Below the pieces are notes generated by a model. The model was not told the DNA's origin. It was given only the letters and a program-made list of their open reading frames with translations, and made no database searches. Shown here one piece after another: positions 1 through 10,524 of a stretch of 64,000 nt of DNA. Source of the stretch: a bacterium (GTDB lineage: Bacteria > Bacteroidota > Bacteroidia > Bacteroidales > WCHB1-69); NCBI GenBank assembly GCA_963643165.1, contig CAVIJD010000009.1:940-64939 (forward strand), in the 5' to 3' direction. A program made the position numbers and the translations under genes. Every line of letters starts with the position of its first letter. Within the stretch, counting starts at the first letter, position 1.

Positions 1-1
1 C

Positions 2-1072
2 GTTGAAGCCCTCGAAGACGATGGCCAAAAGCGTCTTATCCTGGTCTATGGCGAATCGCCCAAATACTCACCGGAATACATTGCCCACACGGTAGCGTTG
101 ACCTACGCCACCAAGAAAGGCAACGGTTCCATCCGCCGCGTCAACATCAACGCCGCACCACTGGATGTGGAAGGTTTCCGCACCGTGAAGGGAGCCGGCA
201 TCGGCACCTACCAGATCTTCCAGGAGACCTATCATCCTGAAGCCTACAAACTTTACCACCCCGCCAACACCCGGAAGGGCAACTACGAGTGGCGGCTCAC
301 CTCAATGGACCGCGCCCAGGAAGCCGGCATCGACGACAACGGCCTTGGCGTGCTGTTCGGACTCTACGACTGGCGTTTTGAAGTGATGGCCATGATCCGC
401 CACACCAACCACCTGGAAGCCTGCTTCAACGTAGGCCCGCACACCATCTCTTTCCCGCGCATCAAGGACGCTTCCGGACTCGACATCGACCGCAGATACA
501 TGGTTGACGATGACACCTTCGAGAAAGTCATCGCCATTTTCCGCCTGGCCGTCCCCTACACGGGCATGATCCTCACCGCACGCGAAACCGCCGAGTTCCG
601 TTCCAAAGCCATCCAATACGGCATCTCACAAATCGACGGCGGCACTAATTTGCAAATCGGTGACTATAAATACCACAACCAAGAGACGGAGAAAAACACC
701 GACAAGGTTGAAGACCAGAACCTCAACCGCGAACAGTTCAAGGTGGGCGACGACCGCACGTTAGGCGACATCATCGACAAGTTGCTCGACGACAACTACA
801 TACCGAGTTTCTGCACCGCCTGCTATCGCCTGGGACGTACCGGTGAACACTTTATGGAGTTCAGCGTGCCCGGCTTCATCAAACGCTATTGCACGCCTAA
901 TGCCATCCTGACTCTCAGCGAGTATCTGGTGGACTACGCCAAACCGGAAGTGGCAAAAAAAGGCTGGCAGGTCATCGAAAACAATATGGAAAATGTGGAC
1001 GAGAAGTTCCGCGAGGAGCTGAAAAGCCGCATCAGCCGCATCAAAAACGGCGAGCGCGACCTTTATTTCTAA
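2..1072 (+). CDS. hydG: [FeFe]-hydrogenase maturase HydG (radical SAM tyrosine lyase), 5'-truncated by the window edge
   Basis: The frame is open from base 2, with no stop before the listed TTG at 98. ThiH/HydG-like body plus the C-terminal CX2CX22C motif (SFCTACYRLGRTGEHFMEFSVPGFIKRYC), which distinguishes HydG from ThiH. Confidence 0.85.
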   Translation, partial: VEALEDDGQKRLILVYGESPKYSPEYIAHTVALTYATKKGNGSIRRVNINAAPLDVEGFRTVKGAGIGTYQIFQETYHPEAYKLYHPANTRKGNYEWRLTSMDRAQEAGIDDNGLGVLFGLYDWRFEVMAMIRHTNHLEACFNVGPHTISFPRIKDASGLDIDRRYMVDDDTFEKVIAIFRLAVPYTGMILTARETAEFRSKAIQYGISQIDGGTNLQIGDYKYHNQETEKNTDKVEDQNLNREQFKVGDDRTLGDIIDKLLDDNYIPSFCTACYRLGRTGEHFMEFSVPGFIKRYCTPNAILTLSEYLVDYAKPEVAKKGWQVIENNMENVDEKFREELKSRISRIKNGERDLYF

Positions 1073-1132
1073 TTGGTCGCCGGCAACGGCACACTGCTGA
1101 ATTTTAGTATTATATTGGAGAGATGGTTCTGG

Positions 1133-2128
1133 CTATCGCAAGATTTTCAGAACCATCTCTTTTAGCAGTTCCCCCTCTGTGCAGTTGGTGTCCACGCCCT
1201 TCGACTTGACATCATACTCGCGGAGCACCGACATAATGTACGCGAGGCGAGGCAGCGTGTGACTCTGGGCATATCCTACATTCCGGCTCATGATGGAGGG
1301 CGGAAGATTGCCGTAAATCTCGCGAAGCGCCGTTTGGCTCTTGTCGGGCGACAAATGATACGAAACCATTTTCTGATAGAAATTATACAACATCAGAATC
1401 GTCTTGATATTCGGGTTTTCTTTGAGATGTTGCGTAAAATTCAAGGCTATCTTGTAGGCTCGTTGCGCATCATGTCGGCCCAAGGCCTCCTGCAACTCAA
1501 AGATGTTGTACTCTTTGCTGATTCCGACATACTTTTCCACGACATCCGGGGTTATGGTCTGGCCTTTGGGCAACACCACCCTCAATTTTTCAAATTCATT
1601 GTAAATGCGGGAGAGGTTATTGCCAATATGCTCCGTAAAAATGGAGGACGTTTGCGGTTCAATGCCGAAGCCAAATTGTTGGGCCGTTTTCTGCACCCAA
1701 CCCGACAGTTCCCAATCCTTAACCCCAACAGACTCAAACACGACCCCGTGTTTTTCGTACGGTTTGTATTGGGCCGCTTTAAGTTTGCCATACTTGTAAC
1801 AGACCACCAGCACAGCGGTGCTGACCGGATTCTCTACGTATGTTTTCAGTTTGTCAATGTCCTTAAGGTCTTTGGCTTCTTTCACGATGACCAGCCTGAG
1901 AGGGCTTCCGAACGGATACTCCTTGGCGGTGGCAATGATGTCAGCGGCAGATGTGTCTTTCCCATAAACGACCACCTGGTTGAAGTCGCGCGCCTCGGGG
2001 TCGATGACCTTGTTCTCTAAAAAATTGCATATACGGTCAATGTAGAACGGTTCTTCGCCCATCAGCAGATAGACGGGGGCGAACTGTCCCTTTTTGAGTT
2101 GACTTTTTAATTCCTCGTATTTAATCAT
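1133..2128 (-). CDS. holA: DNA polymerase III delta subunit
   Basis: MIKYEELKSQLKKGQFAPVYLLMGEEPFYID... is a typical HolA N-terminus. I chose the ATG at 2128; the ORF-track start at 2239 adds 37 implausible residues. Confidence 0.8.
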   Translation of the reverse strand: MIKYEELKSQLKKGQFAPVYLLMGEEPFYIDRICNFLENKVIDPEARDFNQVVVYGKDTSAADIIATAKEYPFGSPLRLVIVKEAKDLKDIDKLKTYVENPVSTAVLVVCYKYGKLKAAQYKPYEKHGVVFESVGVKDWELSGWVQKTAQQFGFGIEPQTSSIFTEHIGNNLSRIYNEFEKLRVVLPKGQTITPDVVEKYVGISKEYNIFELQEALGRHDAQRAYKIALNFTQHLKENPNIKTILMLYNFYQKMVSYHLSPDKSQTALREIYGNLPPSIMSRNVGYAQSHTLPRLAYIMSVLREYDVKSKGVDTNCTEGELLKEMVLKILR

Positions 2129-2278
2129 AACCAGACCTTGAATAAAGGCGACAAAGATACAAAAATGGGAAAACGAAAAAACTCTATTTTCCCATCTTCC
2201 ATTTTCAGTTTTCCATTCGACAGCCTCTTTCCAAGACAACGGAGGGGACTTGCTGCCGGATTCGGAACTTATACGTCG

Positions 2279-3952
2279 CTATTTGCAGTTGTGTTTTCCG
2301 ACAAGCCGATAGGTTTTCATGCCACCGACAAGATTATAGACAGGCTCGAAGCCGGACTGCATCATAATGCGGGCGGCAATGTATCCGCGCAAACCAACCT
2401 CACAGAATATTACCGTCTTTTTTCCCTGCGGGATGTCATCCAAGAACTCGCGGAGCTCGTTTACGGGATAATTCGTGGCACCCTCTATCGTTCCGCCTTT
2501 GAACTCCTGAATGTCACGGACATCGATAAGGTTTATATCCTCTTTGGCCTCCAGTATCTTGTCCAGTTCATCGTACTGTATCGGGTTCATCAAATGCGCA
2601 AAGATGTTCTCGGCCACCATGCCGGCAAATTGTACAGGACTCTTTGCCGAAGCAAAAGGCGGTGCATATACATGCTCGCTGTTAACCATATCAAAGATGG
2701 TGCCGTGGTGCTTGAGCAACAGCGACAACGCGTCAATCTGCTTGTCCACATTCTCCTTGCCTACCGCCTGCGCGCCGAGCAGAAGACCTGTCTCGGGGTC
2801 GAAATTGACTTTCAAGTGGATAGGACTGCTTCCGGGATAATAGGTGGCATGGGAGGCCGGATGGATGATGACAGTCTGGAATTTGATACCCTGTTTGCGC
2901 AAAATATGCTCCGACAGTCCGGCAGCGGCAGCCGTAAGGTCAAACACCTTGGCGATGGCAGCCGTCACAGAGCCGTTGTATTTCACAGAACGCGGATAGA
3001 CCATATTCATAGCCGCAATGCGCGCCTGCAGGTTGGCAGGGCCCGCCAGGAAGTTGCAATAGGGCTTTCCCGTAATAGGATGCGGAAACTCGATGGCATC
3101 ACCCACCGCAAAAACGGTCTCGTCAGAGGTCTGCATATATTCGTCCACCTGAATGCCCCCCGTTGTGCCAAGTTGCAGCCCGCACGCTTCTGCCAAGCGC
3201 GCATTAGGACGCACGCCGATGCTGAGAATGGCAAGGTCGCAGTCAAGGGCTTCGCCATCTTCGAGAGAGACTGTCAATTTTTCCTTTTCTTCTTTAATGG
3301 AAGCCAGACCATTGCTGACAGTCACCCGGATTCCCTTATCGGCAAGGTGCTGCTGTACTATGGCGGCCATAGGCAAATCAAGCGGCGTCAATATGTGGTC
3401 TGCTTTTTCTACTACCGTCACGCCGTAGCCTATCTTGTGCAAGTTTTCCGCCATCTCAAGACCAATGAAACCTCCGCCCACAATTACGGCAGCAGAGCCC
3501 TCGTGCAGCTTGTCGGCAGCCGAAGCCTTGATGCGGTCACAGTCCATCACATTCCTGAGGGTAAAAACTCCCGGAAGGGTTGCGCCAGGCACGTCGGGCA
3601 CCACAGGGTCAGCCCCCGGGGAAAGCAACAGTATGTCGTAGTCCTCTTCGTATTGTTTGCCGTTGCGGTGGTTAAGAACCGTAACGGTCTTGTTTTTGCG
3701 GTCAATCGACAGTGCTTCGTTAAAGGTTCGCACATCGACATTGTAGCGGTTTCCGAACGAAACAGGAGTCTGCAAAAAGAGTTTCTTGCGTTCCTCAATG
3801 GTCTCGCCAATGTAATACGGAAGTCCACAATTTGCATACGAGATATGCTCGCCTTTTTCAAGCAGGATGATTTCAGCATCTTCGTTCAGCCGTCTGAGCC
3901 TTGCGGCAGCAGATGCACCTCCTGCCACACCACCGACAATTAAATATTTCAT
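2279..3952 (-). CDS. CoA-disulfide/persulfide reductase-type FAD oxidoreductase with C-terminal rhodanese domain
   Basis: GGVAGGASAA dinucleotide fold, redox Cys motif SYANCGLPYY and a C-terminal rhodanese loop FCEVGLRG. Start taken at MKYLIVGG (ATG 3952). Confidence 0.8.
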   Translation of the reverse strand: MKYLIVGGVAGGASAAARLRRLNEDAEIILLEKGEHISYANCGLPYYIGETIEERKKLFLQTPVSFGNRYNVDVRTFNEALSIDRKNKTVTVLNHRNGKQYEEDYDILLLSPGADPVVPDVPGATLPGVFTLRNVMDCDRIKASAADKLHEGSAAVIVGGGFIGLEMAENLHKIGYGVTVVEKADHILTPLDLPMAAIVQQHLADKGIRVTVSNGLASIKEEKEKLTVSLEDGEALDCDLAILSIGVRPNARLAEACGLQLGTTGGIQVDEYMQTSDETVFAVGDAIEFPHPITGKPYCNFLAGPANLQARIAAMNMVYPRSVKYNGSVTAAIAKVFDLTAAAAGLSEHILRKQGIKFQTVIIHPASHATYYPGSSPIHLKVNFDPETGLLLGAQAVGKENVDKQIDALSLLLKHHGTIFDMVNSEHVYAPPFASAKSPVQFAGMVAENIFAHLMNPIQYDELDKILEAKEDINLIDVRDIQEFKGGTIEGATNYPVNELREFLDDIPQGKKTVIFCEVGLRGYIAARIMMQSGFEPVYNLVGGMKTYRLVGKHNCK

Positions 3953-5055
3953 AGGTATATTTTTTTTAGGGTTTCCTCTTCGTTTTGCCAAGTCAGTTCC
4001 TTGGCGGCCGTTTTGCAGTTTTCGCAGCATTGCGCATAAAGTCCCGGGGTCTCTGTCAGTTTTCTCACCGTCCCGGCAATGTCCTCGGGCGAGAGACTCT
4101 TGGTCACAAGTCCCACACCATAATGGCTGACAATGGCGGCACGTTCTGTCAGGTTAGACACCACTTGCGGCGTGCCGGCGTGTATGTACTCGAATATCTT
4201 GTTGGGCAAACTGAAACGCAAATTGGCGCTTATGTCCCGGTCGAGTGCCATGCCTATGTCTGCTAACGCCGTATAGTTGAACAAGTTCTGTTGGTTCTGC
4301 CGTCCCACAAAAGTGATTCTGTCTTCTATTTTAAGTTCTGCCGCCATCTCCTTGAGGCGTGGCAGCACGTGGCCGTTTCCCACAATGAAAAGATGCGCCT
4401 GTGGCAGCAGCGCCATGGCCTGCACCAACTCTTCGCCTCCGCGACCCTCGTCAATGGCATTGCCTTGCAAAATCAAGACGGTCTTGTCGGCGGGCATGCC
4501 CAACGACGCTTTCGTGGCCGTCACCTGCTGATGGCGGGCCGGCGGAATGTTGCGCACCAGATATGGGCGTATGCCGTACTCTTTTTCGTATTGCTCTACA
4601 ATAGACTGACTTACTGTGATAACCTTTTTGAGTTTCGGGAAACAGAAACGCTCTATCGAACTCCATACTTTCAAGGCGGCGGGATTGCTGACCACAGAAA
4701 GCTCGCCACAGAAGTACTCATGGCTGTCATAGACCAACTCTTTGTGGCGGATTCTGCTGACAAGGAAATTGGGCAGCAGCGTATCCAAATCATTGGCTAT
4801 CAAGATGTCGCATCGTTTAAAGAGAAGATAGAAAAACAGGCGCACATTGTATTCTGCATAAAAGAGACAACCTTTACGGAAGAGCAACCTCAGCCGTTTG
4901 GTTTCGTAGTTTCGGGGGGACAATGCCGGCGAGTTCCCGTAGCAGCGTCCCACCAATGTTACCGTAAAACCGTTTCGCACAAGAAACTGCGCCACCTTGT
5001 CCACACGCGGATCCGTGTAGAGGTCGTTTGTGACAGACAATATGGCCCGTTTCAT
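3949..5055 (-). CDS. Glycosyltransferase (GT4/GT1-fold, family-level call)
   Basis: GT-B style sequence with a C-terminal E-x7-E-like region (FSLPNKIFEYIHAGTP). 4-nt overlap with the downstream reductase and 1-nt TAATG overlap with the secA stop. Confidence 0.65.
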   Translation of the reverse strand: MKRAILSVTNDLYTDPRVDKVAQFLVRNGFTVTLVGRCYGNSPALSPRNYETKRLRLLFRKGCLFYAEYNVRLFFYLLFKRCDILIANDLDTLLPNFLVSRIRHKELVYDSHEYFCGELSVVSNPAALKVWSSIERFCFPKLKKVITVSQSIVEQYEKEYGIRPYLVRNIPPARHQQVTATKASLGMPADKTVLILQGNAIDEGRGGEELVQAMALLPQAHLFIVGNGHVLPRLKEMAAELKIEDRITFVGRQNQQNLFNYTALADIGMALDRDISANLRFSLPNKIFEYIHAGTPQVVSNLTERAAIVSHYGVGLVTKSLSPEDIAGTVRKLTETPGLYAQCCENCKTAAKELTWQNEEETLKKIYL

Positions 5056-8000
5056 TACTCGGTAACGTTGCGGCCGTGGCAGTTTTTGTACTTCTTTCCA
5101 CTTCCGCAGGGGCAGGGGTCGTTGCGTCCCACCTTCTTCTCCACGCGGATGGGCTGGCTGCCCTTGCCGCCCTGTGCCACTTGCTTGCCTCCGCCCGGCA
5201 CCTCATCGCGCCCTGTTGTCAGTTTTTTTGCTTCTGACTGCGGCAATTGAGCCTCTCTCATCTGTGCCGGCTCCTCGGCCATAGGAATGAAGCCCTTGTT
5301 CAAGAAACTGACGATTTCCTGACTGATGCGGACAAGCAATTGGTCAAAAAGGTTGAAAGATTCGAGTTTATAGATCAACAACGGGTCTTTCTGCTCGTAG
5401 GAGGCATTCTGCACGCTGTCTTTAAGATCGTCCATGGCGCGCAGATGTTCTTTCCAGGCGTTGTCGATGACCGCCAACGTGATGCCTTTCTCAAACGAGA
5501 GCCCTACCTCGCGGCCTTTCGTCTCATAGCACTTCTTGAGCGGCGCAACGATGCTGATGTTCTTGTTGCCGTCCGTAAATGGAATGGCTATATTCTGAAA
5601 GCGGTCGCCATGTTCCAGATATACTTTCTCGATGACAGGATAGGCCTGCTCGCTTACATGTTTGATCTTCTCTTTGTAATGCTCATAAACGACAGGATAG
5701 AGTTTTCTCACCAAATTTTGCGGACGTTCCTGCAAGAAAAAGGACTCCTCAAAAGGTGTTTCGACTCCGAAAACCTTAATCATGTCCATACTGAACGCCT
5801 CAAAATCTTTGTCTTCCCAGTTTCTGTTGACAATCGTTTCGCACACATCTTCAAACATCTGGGAGATGTCGATGGCGAGGCGGTCGCCGAAGAGGGCATT
5901 GCGTCTTTTGCGATAGACTGTAGAACGCTGTTTGTTCATCACATCGTCATATTCCAGCAGCCGTTTACGGATTCCGAAGTTGTTCTCCTCCACTTTCTTT
6001 TGGGCGCGCTCTATAGATTTAGAAATCATCCTGTGCTGGATGACATCGCCGTCCTGGTGTCCCATCTGGTCCATAACCTTGGCGATACGGTCGGAGCCGA
6101 ACAACCGCATCAAGTTATCTTCGAGAGAGACGAAGAACTGCGAGCTGCCGGGGTCACCTTGACGGCCCGAGCGGCCTCGCAGCTGGCGGTCCACACGGCG
6201 GGAGTCGTGGCGCTCGGTGCCGATGATGGCAAGGCCGCCCTTTTCCCTGACCGTCGGGGTAAGTTTGATATCGGTACCACGGCCTGCCATATTGGTGGCA
6301 ATGGTAATCGTGCCCTCGTGGCCGGCTTCTGCCACAATGTCGGCCTCCTTCTTGTGCAATTTGGCGTTCAACACATTATGCGGCATCTTGCGCCGGGTCA
6401 GGATATTGGAGAGCAGTTCGGAAGTTTCCACCGAAGTGGTGCCCACCAGTACAGGTCTCCCCTCCTCGTGCAAACGGATAATCTCATCCACTACCGCCTT
6501 GTATTTTTCCCGTTTCGTCTTATAGACCAAATCATTGGCATCTTCGCGGATGACAGGTTTGTTGGTAGGAATAACCACCACGTCAAGTTTGTAGATATTC
6601 CAAAACTCGCCGGCTTCTGTCTCTGCCGTACCGGTCATGCCAGCCAGTTTCTTGTACATTCGGAAATAATTCTGCAAAGTAATCGTGGCGTAGGTCTGCG
6701 TGGCAGCCTCCACTTTCACGTTCTCCTTAGCCTCGATTGCCTGATGGAGACCATCGGAATAACGGCGGCCTTCCATAATACGTCCCGTCTGTTCGTCCAC
6801 GATCTTAACCTTATTGTCAATAATGACATATTCCACATCCCTGGCAAACATCGTATAGGCTTTCAGCAGCTGGTGGATGGTGTGGATACGGTCGGAGGCG
6901 GCGGCGAAGTTGGTATAAATCTCATTTTTGCGAAGCGCTTTCTCCTGAGGGGTGAGCTGTTCCTTTTCCAGTTCAGCAATCTCTGCTCCCACGTCAGGCA
7001 TGATGAACATCTTGGCCTCGTCGGCATCCTTGCTGACCAGGTCAATGCCCTTTTCCATAATATCTACCGTGTTCTGCTTCTCCTCGATAACAAAATAGAG
7101 TTCGTCGTCGATGAGCGGCATATTGCGGTTCTGGTCTTGCATAAAGAAAGACTCCGTGCGTTGGAGCACCTGCTTCATGCCGGGCTCGCTAAGGAACTTG
7201 ATGAGTGCCGTATTCTTAGGCAGGCCACGATGAGCGCGGAGCAGCAGCATTGCGCTCTCATCTTGCGGTTTAGGGTCTGGATTTTCAGCCAGCATCTTCT
7301 TGGCCTTTGCCAGGATTTCGGTCACGTAAGCACGCTGTGCGTCATAGAGTTTCTGCACTATGGGCTTGTATTTGTCAAAATCCTGCTGGTCGCCTTTCGG
7401 GGTAGGGCCGGAGATGATGAGCGGGGTACGGGCGTCGTCAATCAACACAGAGTCCACCTCATCCACAATGGCATAGTTGTGCGGGCGTTGCACCAGTTCG
7501 CCAATGTTGCGTGCCATATTGTCACGCAGGTAGTCGAAGCCGAACTCATTGTTGGTGCCGTAGGTGATGTCGGCGTTATAGGCGCGGCGGCGCTCGTCGG
7601 AGTTGGGCTCGTGTTTGTCGATGCAGTCCACCGTCAGACCGAGGAACTCATAAAGGCGTCCCATCCATTCGGAGTCACGTTTGGCAAGGTAGTCGTTGAC
7701 CGTAACCACGTGGACGCCCTTGCCCGGCAGCGCGTTGAGGTAAACCGGCAGCGTAGCCACGAGGGTCTTGCCCTCGCCCGTTGCCATCTCGGCGATTTTG
7801 CCTTCGTGCAGCACAATGCCGCCGATGATCTGCACATCGTAGTGGCACATGTCCCATGTAATCATATTGCCGCCGGCAGACCATCTGTTGTGGTAGCGCA
7901 CCTTGTCGCCGTCAATCTCTATGCCGTCGTGCGTGGCGGCAAGGTCACGGTCCAACTGCGTGGCCGTAGCCTCGATGAACTCATTGTCCTTGAAGCGGCG

Positions 8001-8357
8001 GGCGGCCTCTTTCATCACCGAGAATGCCTCTGGCAGAATCTCGTCAAGCACCTCTTGCGTGGTCTTGTAAACCTTGTCCTCCAACTTTTCAACCTCCTTA
8101 TAGAGGCTCTGCTTCTCCTCAACGGGGAGATCATAGTTCTCATCGAGGTATGTTTGGATCTCTTTCAAGCGGACTTCCTCTTTCTCAGTCGCCTTTCTTA
8201 TCTGCTCTCTGAACTCTACAGTCTTGTGCCGCAGGTCGTCCGTCGAGAGGTCTTTGATGGTTTCGTAAGCCTGCAGCGTTCTGTTCAGTTTGGGCTGCAG
8301 TTCTTTCATATCTCTGTCGGCCTTGGTGCCGAAAATTTTAGTCAGGAAATTTGCCAT
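5055..8357 (-). CDS. secA: Preprotein translocase ATPase SecA
   Basis: Full-length SecA with DEAD-like motor motifs ([45 protein letters not shown]) and the C-terminal zinc motif [14 protein letters not shown]. The ATG at 8357 is preferred over the TTG at 8363. Confidence 0.97.
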   Translation of the reverse strand: MANFLTKIFGTKADRDMKELQPKLNRTLQAYETIKDLSTDDLRHKTVEFREQIRKATEKEEVRLKEIQTYLDENYDLPVEEKQSLYKEVEKLEDKVYKTTQEVLDEILPEAFSVMKEAARRFKDNEFIEATATQLDRDLAATHDGIEIDGDKVRYHNRWSAGGNMITWDMCHYDVQIIGGIVLHEGKIAEMATGEGKTLVATLPVYLNALPGKGVHVVTVNDYLAKRDSEWMGRLYEFLGLTVDCIDKHEPNSDERRRAYNADITYGTNNEFGFDYLRDNMARNIGELVQRPHNYAIVDEVDSVLIDDARTPLIISGPTPKGDQQDFDKYKPIVQKLYDAQRAYVTEILAKAKKMLAENPDPKPQDESAMLLLRAHRGLPKNTALIKFLSEPGMKQVLQRTESFFMQDQNRNMPLIDDELYFVIEEKQNTVDIMEKGIDLVSKDADEAKMFIMPDVGAEIAELEKEQLTPQEKALRKNEIYTNFAAASDRIHTIHQLLKAYTMFARDVEYVIIDNKVKIVDEQTGRIMEGRRYSDGLHQAIEAKENVKVEAATQTYATITLQNYFRMYKKLAGMTGTAETEAGEFWNIYKLDVVVIPTNKPVIREDANDLVYKTKREKYKAVVDEIIRLHEEGRPVLVGTTSVETSELLSNILTRRKMPHNVLNAKLHKKEADIVAEAGHEGTITIATNMAGRGTDIKLTPTVREKGGLAIIGTERHDSRRVDRQLRGRSGRQGDPGSSQFFVSLEDNLMRLFGSDRIAKVMDQMGHQDGDVIQHRMISKSIERAQKKVEENNFGIRKRLLEYDDVMNKQRSTVYRKRRNALFGDRLAIDISQMFEDVCETIVNRNWEDKDFEAFSMDMIKVFGVETPFEESFFLQERPQNLVRKLYPVVYEHYKEKIKHVSEQAYPVIEKVYLEHGDRFQNIAIPFTDGNKNISIVAPLKKCYETKGREVGLSFEKGITLAVIDNAWKEHLRAMDDLKDSVQNASYEQKDPLLIYKLESFNLFDQLLVRISQEIVSFLNKGFIPMAEEPAQMREAQLPQSEAKKLTTGRDEVPGGGKQVAQGGKGSQPIRVEKKVGRNDPCPCGSGKKYKNCHGRNVTE

Positions 8358-8379
8358 ATACAAACGGGTTTAAAGTCGG

Positions 8380-8387
8380 CAAAAATA
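8380..8387 (-). promoter_or_regulatory. Bacteroidota-type -7 box (TATTTTTG) upstream of secA
   Basis: The plus strand reads caaaaata, so the minus strand reads TAttTTTG. It lies ~23 nt upstream of the secA ATG. Confidence 0.45.
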
Positions 8388-8547
8388 CAAAAATTGTGCC
8401 ATAAGGATAAAACTGCCGAAATGACTGGCGGCAAGGAATCCGCCTGCATTTTTTTCATGCCCTTACAATAATAATTTGCGCCCGTTGCCGTTGAACGCTT
8501 ACCTGCTTTTTTCACCAACAGGCATATTTTACAACATATCTTTTAAG

Positions 8548-9570
8548 ATGAAGCGAAAATCAATCATTTTCTTGAGCATCATAGGCCTTGTTCTCCTGCT
8601 GTTGTGCGGTGCGGCAGGCCTTGTCATATTCGGGCCCAACACGCGGAACCATACAGCCGTCTCTGTCACCATTCCGCGCAACGCCGACTACGAGCAATTG
8701 CTCGACACGTTAGAGAGCCACGGCATCTTGCGGAGCGAGACCACTTTCTTTACGGTTTCCAAAGCCATGAAGTTCAAAACCGTCCGGGTCGGGCACTATA
8801 CCATCACGCCCAACATGAGCAACTACAAGTTAGTACGACTGCTGCGTGCCGGCCAGCACTATCCCGTCCGGTTTTCATTCAACAACATCAGAACCCTCGA
8901 CCAGTTTGCAGAAAAAGCTTCCAACACATTCTTTTTCAGCAAAGAAGAGTTACTGAATTTACTGCATGACCCTGCCTTCCTGAAAAAATACAACATGGAC
9001 GTCTTCACCTGTCCGGCGATGTTCATCCCCAACAGTTACGAGTTTTACTACGATGTCACAGCCGAAGACTTTGTTAACCGCATGTTCCGGTACTATCAGT
9101 TATTCTGGGACAAAAACCGGCTTGAGCGGGCCGAAGCCATCGGACTCACCCCCGTAGAGGTTGTGACCTTGGCCTCGATTGTTGAAGAAGAAAACAGCCG
9201 TGCCAAAGAAAAGGCCGTCATTGCCGGGCTCTATATGAACCGCCTGAAAAAAAACATGCTTTTGCAGTCGGACCCCACCGTCAAGTTTGCCCTTCGCGAC
9301 TTCTCGCGCCAGCGGATCCTGAACGCCGACTTGCAGATAGACTCTCCGTACAACACCTACAAATTCAAGGGATTGCCGCCCGGGCCCATACGCTTCCCCG
9401 AGGCTTCCACGGTTGACTCCGTGCTTCATTATGCACACCATAATTATCTGTATATGTGTGCCAAGGAAGACTTTTCGGGATACCACAACTTTACGCCAAG
9501 CGCAAGCCAACATGCCCGGAATGCCATGCGGTACCGGGCTGCATTGAACAGACGCAACATCAAACGCTGA
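8548..9570 (+). CDS. mltG: Endolytic murein transglycosylase MltG (YceG-like)
   Basis: N-terminal TM segment and YceG-family body (ASIVEEE..., LQSDPTV, YNTYKFKGLPPGPI). ATG at 8548. Confidence 0.85.
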   Translation: MKRKSIIFLSIIGLVLLLLCGAAGLVIFGPNTRNHTAVSVTIPRNADYEQLLDTLESHGILRSETTFFTVSKAMKFKTVRVGHYTITPNMSNYKLVRLLRAGQHYPVRFSFNNIRTLDQFAEKASNTFFFSKEELLNLLHDPAFLKKYNMDVFTCPAMFIPNSYEFYYDVTAEDFVNRMFRYYQLFWDKNRLERAEAIGLTPVEVVTLASIVEEENSRAKEKAVIAGLYMNRLKKNMLLQSDPTVKFALRDFSRQRILNADLQIDSPYNTYKFKGLPPGPIRFPEASTVDSVLHYAHHNYLYMCAKEDFSGYHNFTPSASQHARNAMRYRAALNRRNIKR

Positions 9571-9582
9571 ACAATTTTTATT

Positions 9583-10524
9583 ATGAAAGACAAAAACAGC
9601 ATCGGCATAGACATCGGCGGCACCAACACCGTCTTCGGACTTGTAGAAGGCGACGGCAACATTGTGGCGAGGAGTGCCATCAAGACCCAAGAGTACCGCA
9701 CCATAGCGCAGTACATCGGGGCGATAGAGGAAAACATAGTCCGGCTGACGGCCACCTGCGGCACTGGCAGCGTGTGCGGCATCGGCATTGGGGCGCCAAG
9801 CGGCAACTTCTACAAAGGCTGCATCGAGGCACAGGCCGCCAACCTGCCCATCAAAGAGCACATCCCGCTGAAGCAGTTATTGGAACACGACCTGCATTTG
9901 CCCGTCACGGTGGACAATGACGCCAATGCTGCCGCATACGGCGAACTGATGTTCGGCGGGGCTGTGGGCATGCGCGACATCATTATGATCACCCTCGGCA
10001 CCGGCGTGGGCAGTGGCATCGTGGTTGACGGGAAACTCGTACACGGCCATTCGGGGCTTGCCGGCGAACTCGGTCACAGCACCGTGTTTCCCGACGGCAG
10101 AACCTGCCACTGCGGACGAAAAGGCTGCCTCGAAGCATACGCCTCGGCTGACGGCATTTGCAACAATTACAAAGAACTGCTTGAGCATCAAGGAAATCCG
10201 CTCACACCAGCACAGGCAGAGACGCTAACTTGCAAGCAAATCGGCGAACTTGCCGCGAGTGGCGACTCCACGGCAGCGGCGGCTTACGACCGGACCGCTT
10301 ACGCCTTAGGCATCGCGCTCGCCAATGCAGTGAACTTCTCCTCGCCGCAAGCCATATTCCTGACCGGCGGACCTACGCGCGTAGGTGACATACTCTTGAA
10401 ACCGCTGCGCAAGCATTTCAGCGAACATCTGCTCTTTCTGTATCAGGGCACTGTAACCTTGCAACGCTCTGCCCTCCCCGACAGCGATGCCGCCTTGCTG
10501 GGTGCCGCTGCCCTGTGCTTGTAA
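9583..10524 (+). CDS. ROK-family sugar kinase (glucokinase-like)
   Basis: IGIDIGGTN ATP-binding start and ROK zinc motif CHCGRKGCLEAY. Confidence 0.8.
   Translation: MKDKNSIGIDIGGTNTVFGLVEGDGNIVARSAIKTQEYRTIAQYIGAIEENIVRLTATCGTGSVCGIGIGAPSGNFYKGCIEAQAANLPIKEHIPLKQLLEHDLHLPVTVDNDANAAAYGELMFGGAVGMRDIIMITLGTGVGSGIVVDGKLVHGHSGLAGELGHSTVFPDGRTCHCGRKGCLEAYASADGICNNYKELLEHQGNPLTPAQAETLTCKQIGELAASGDSTAAAAYDRTAYALGIALANAVNFSSPQAIFLTGGPTRVGDILLKPLRKHFSEHLLFLYQGTVTLQRSALPDSDAALLGAAALCL

Noticed and set aside
1133-2239. N-terminal extensions in the ORF track for holA (to 2239), rplU (to 15264), the flavodoxin (from 22480), queA (to 37714) and nadC (to 62029)
   Set aside because: The extensions lack homology-like sequence and would overlap neighbouring genes or promoters. 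Internal ATGs give canonical family N-termini.
2138-3943. 601-aa plus-strand ORF opposite the CoADR-rhodanese gene
   Set aside because: It is the same in-register antisense artefact. The sense frame has clear FAD, redox-Cys and rhodanese motifs.
5247-8471. 1074-aa plus-strand ORF spanning almost all of secA
   Set aside because: The minus-strand frame is unambiguous SecA, with all motor motifs and the zinc tail. The antisense ORF is in the same codon register and stays open simply because secA lacks TTA, CTA and TCA codons. Its translation is low-complexity (L/V/H/F/D-rich) with no motifs.
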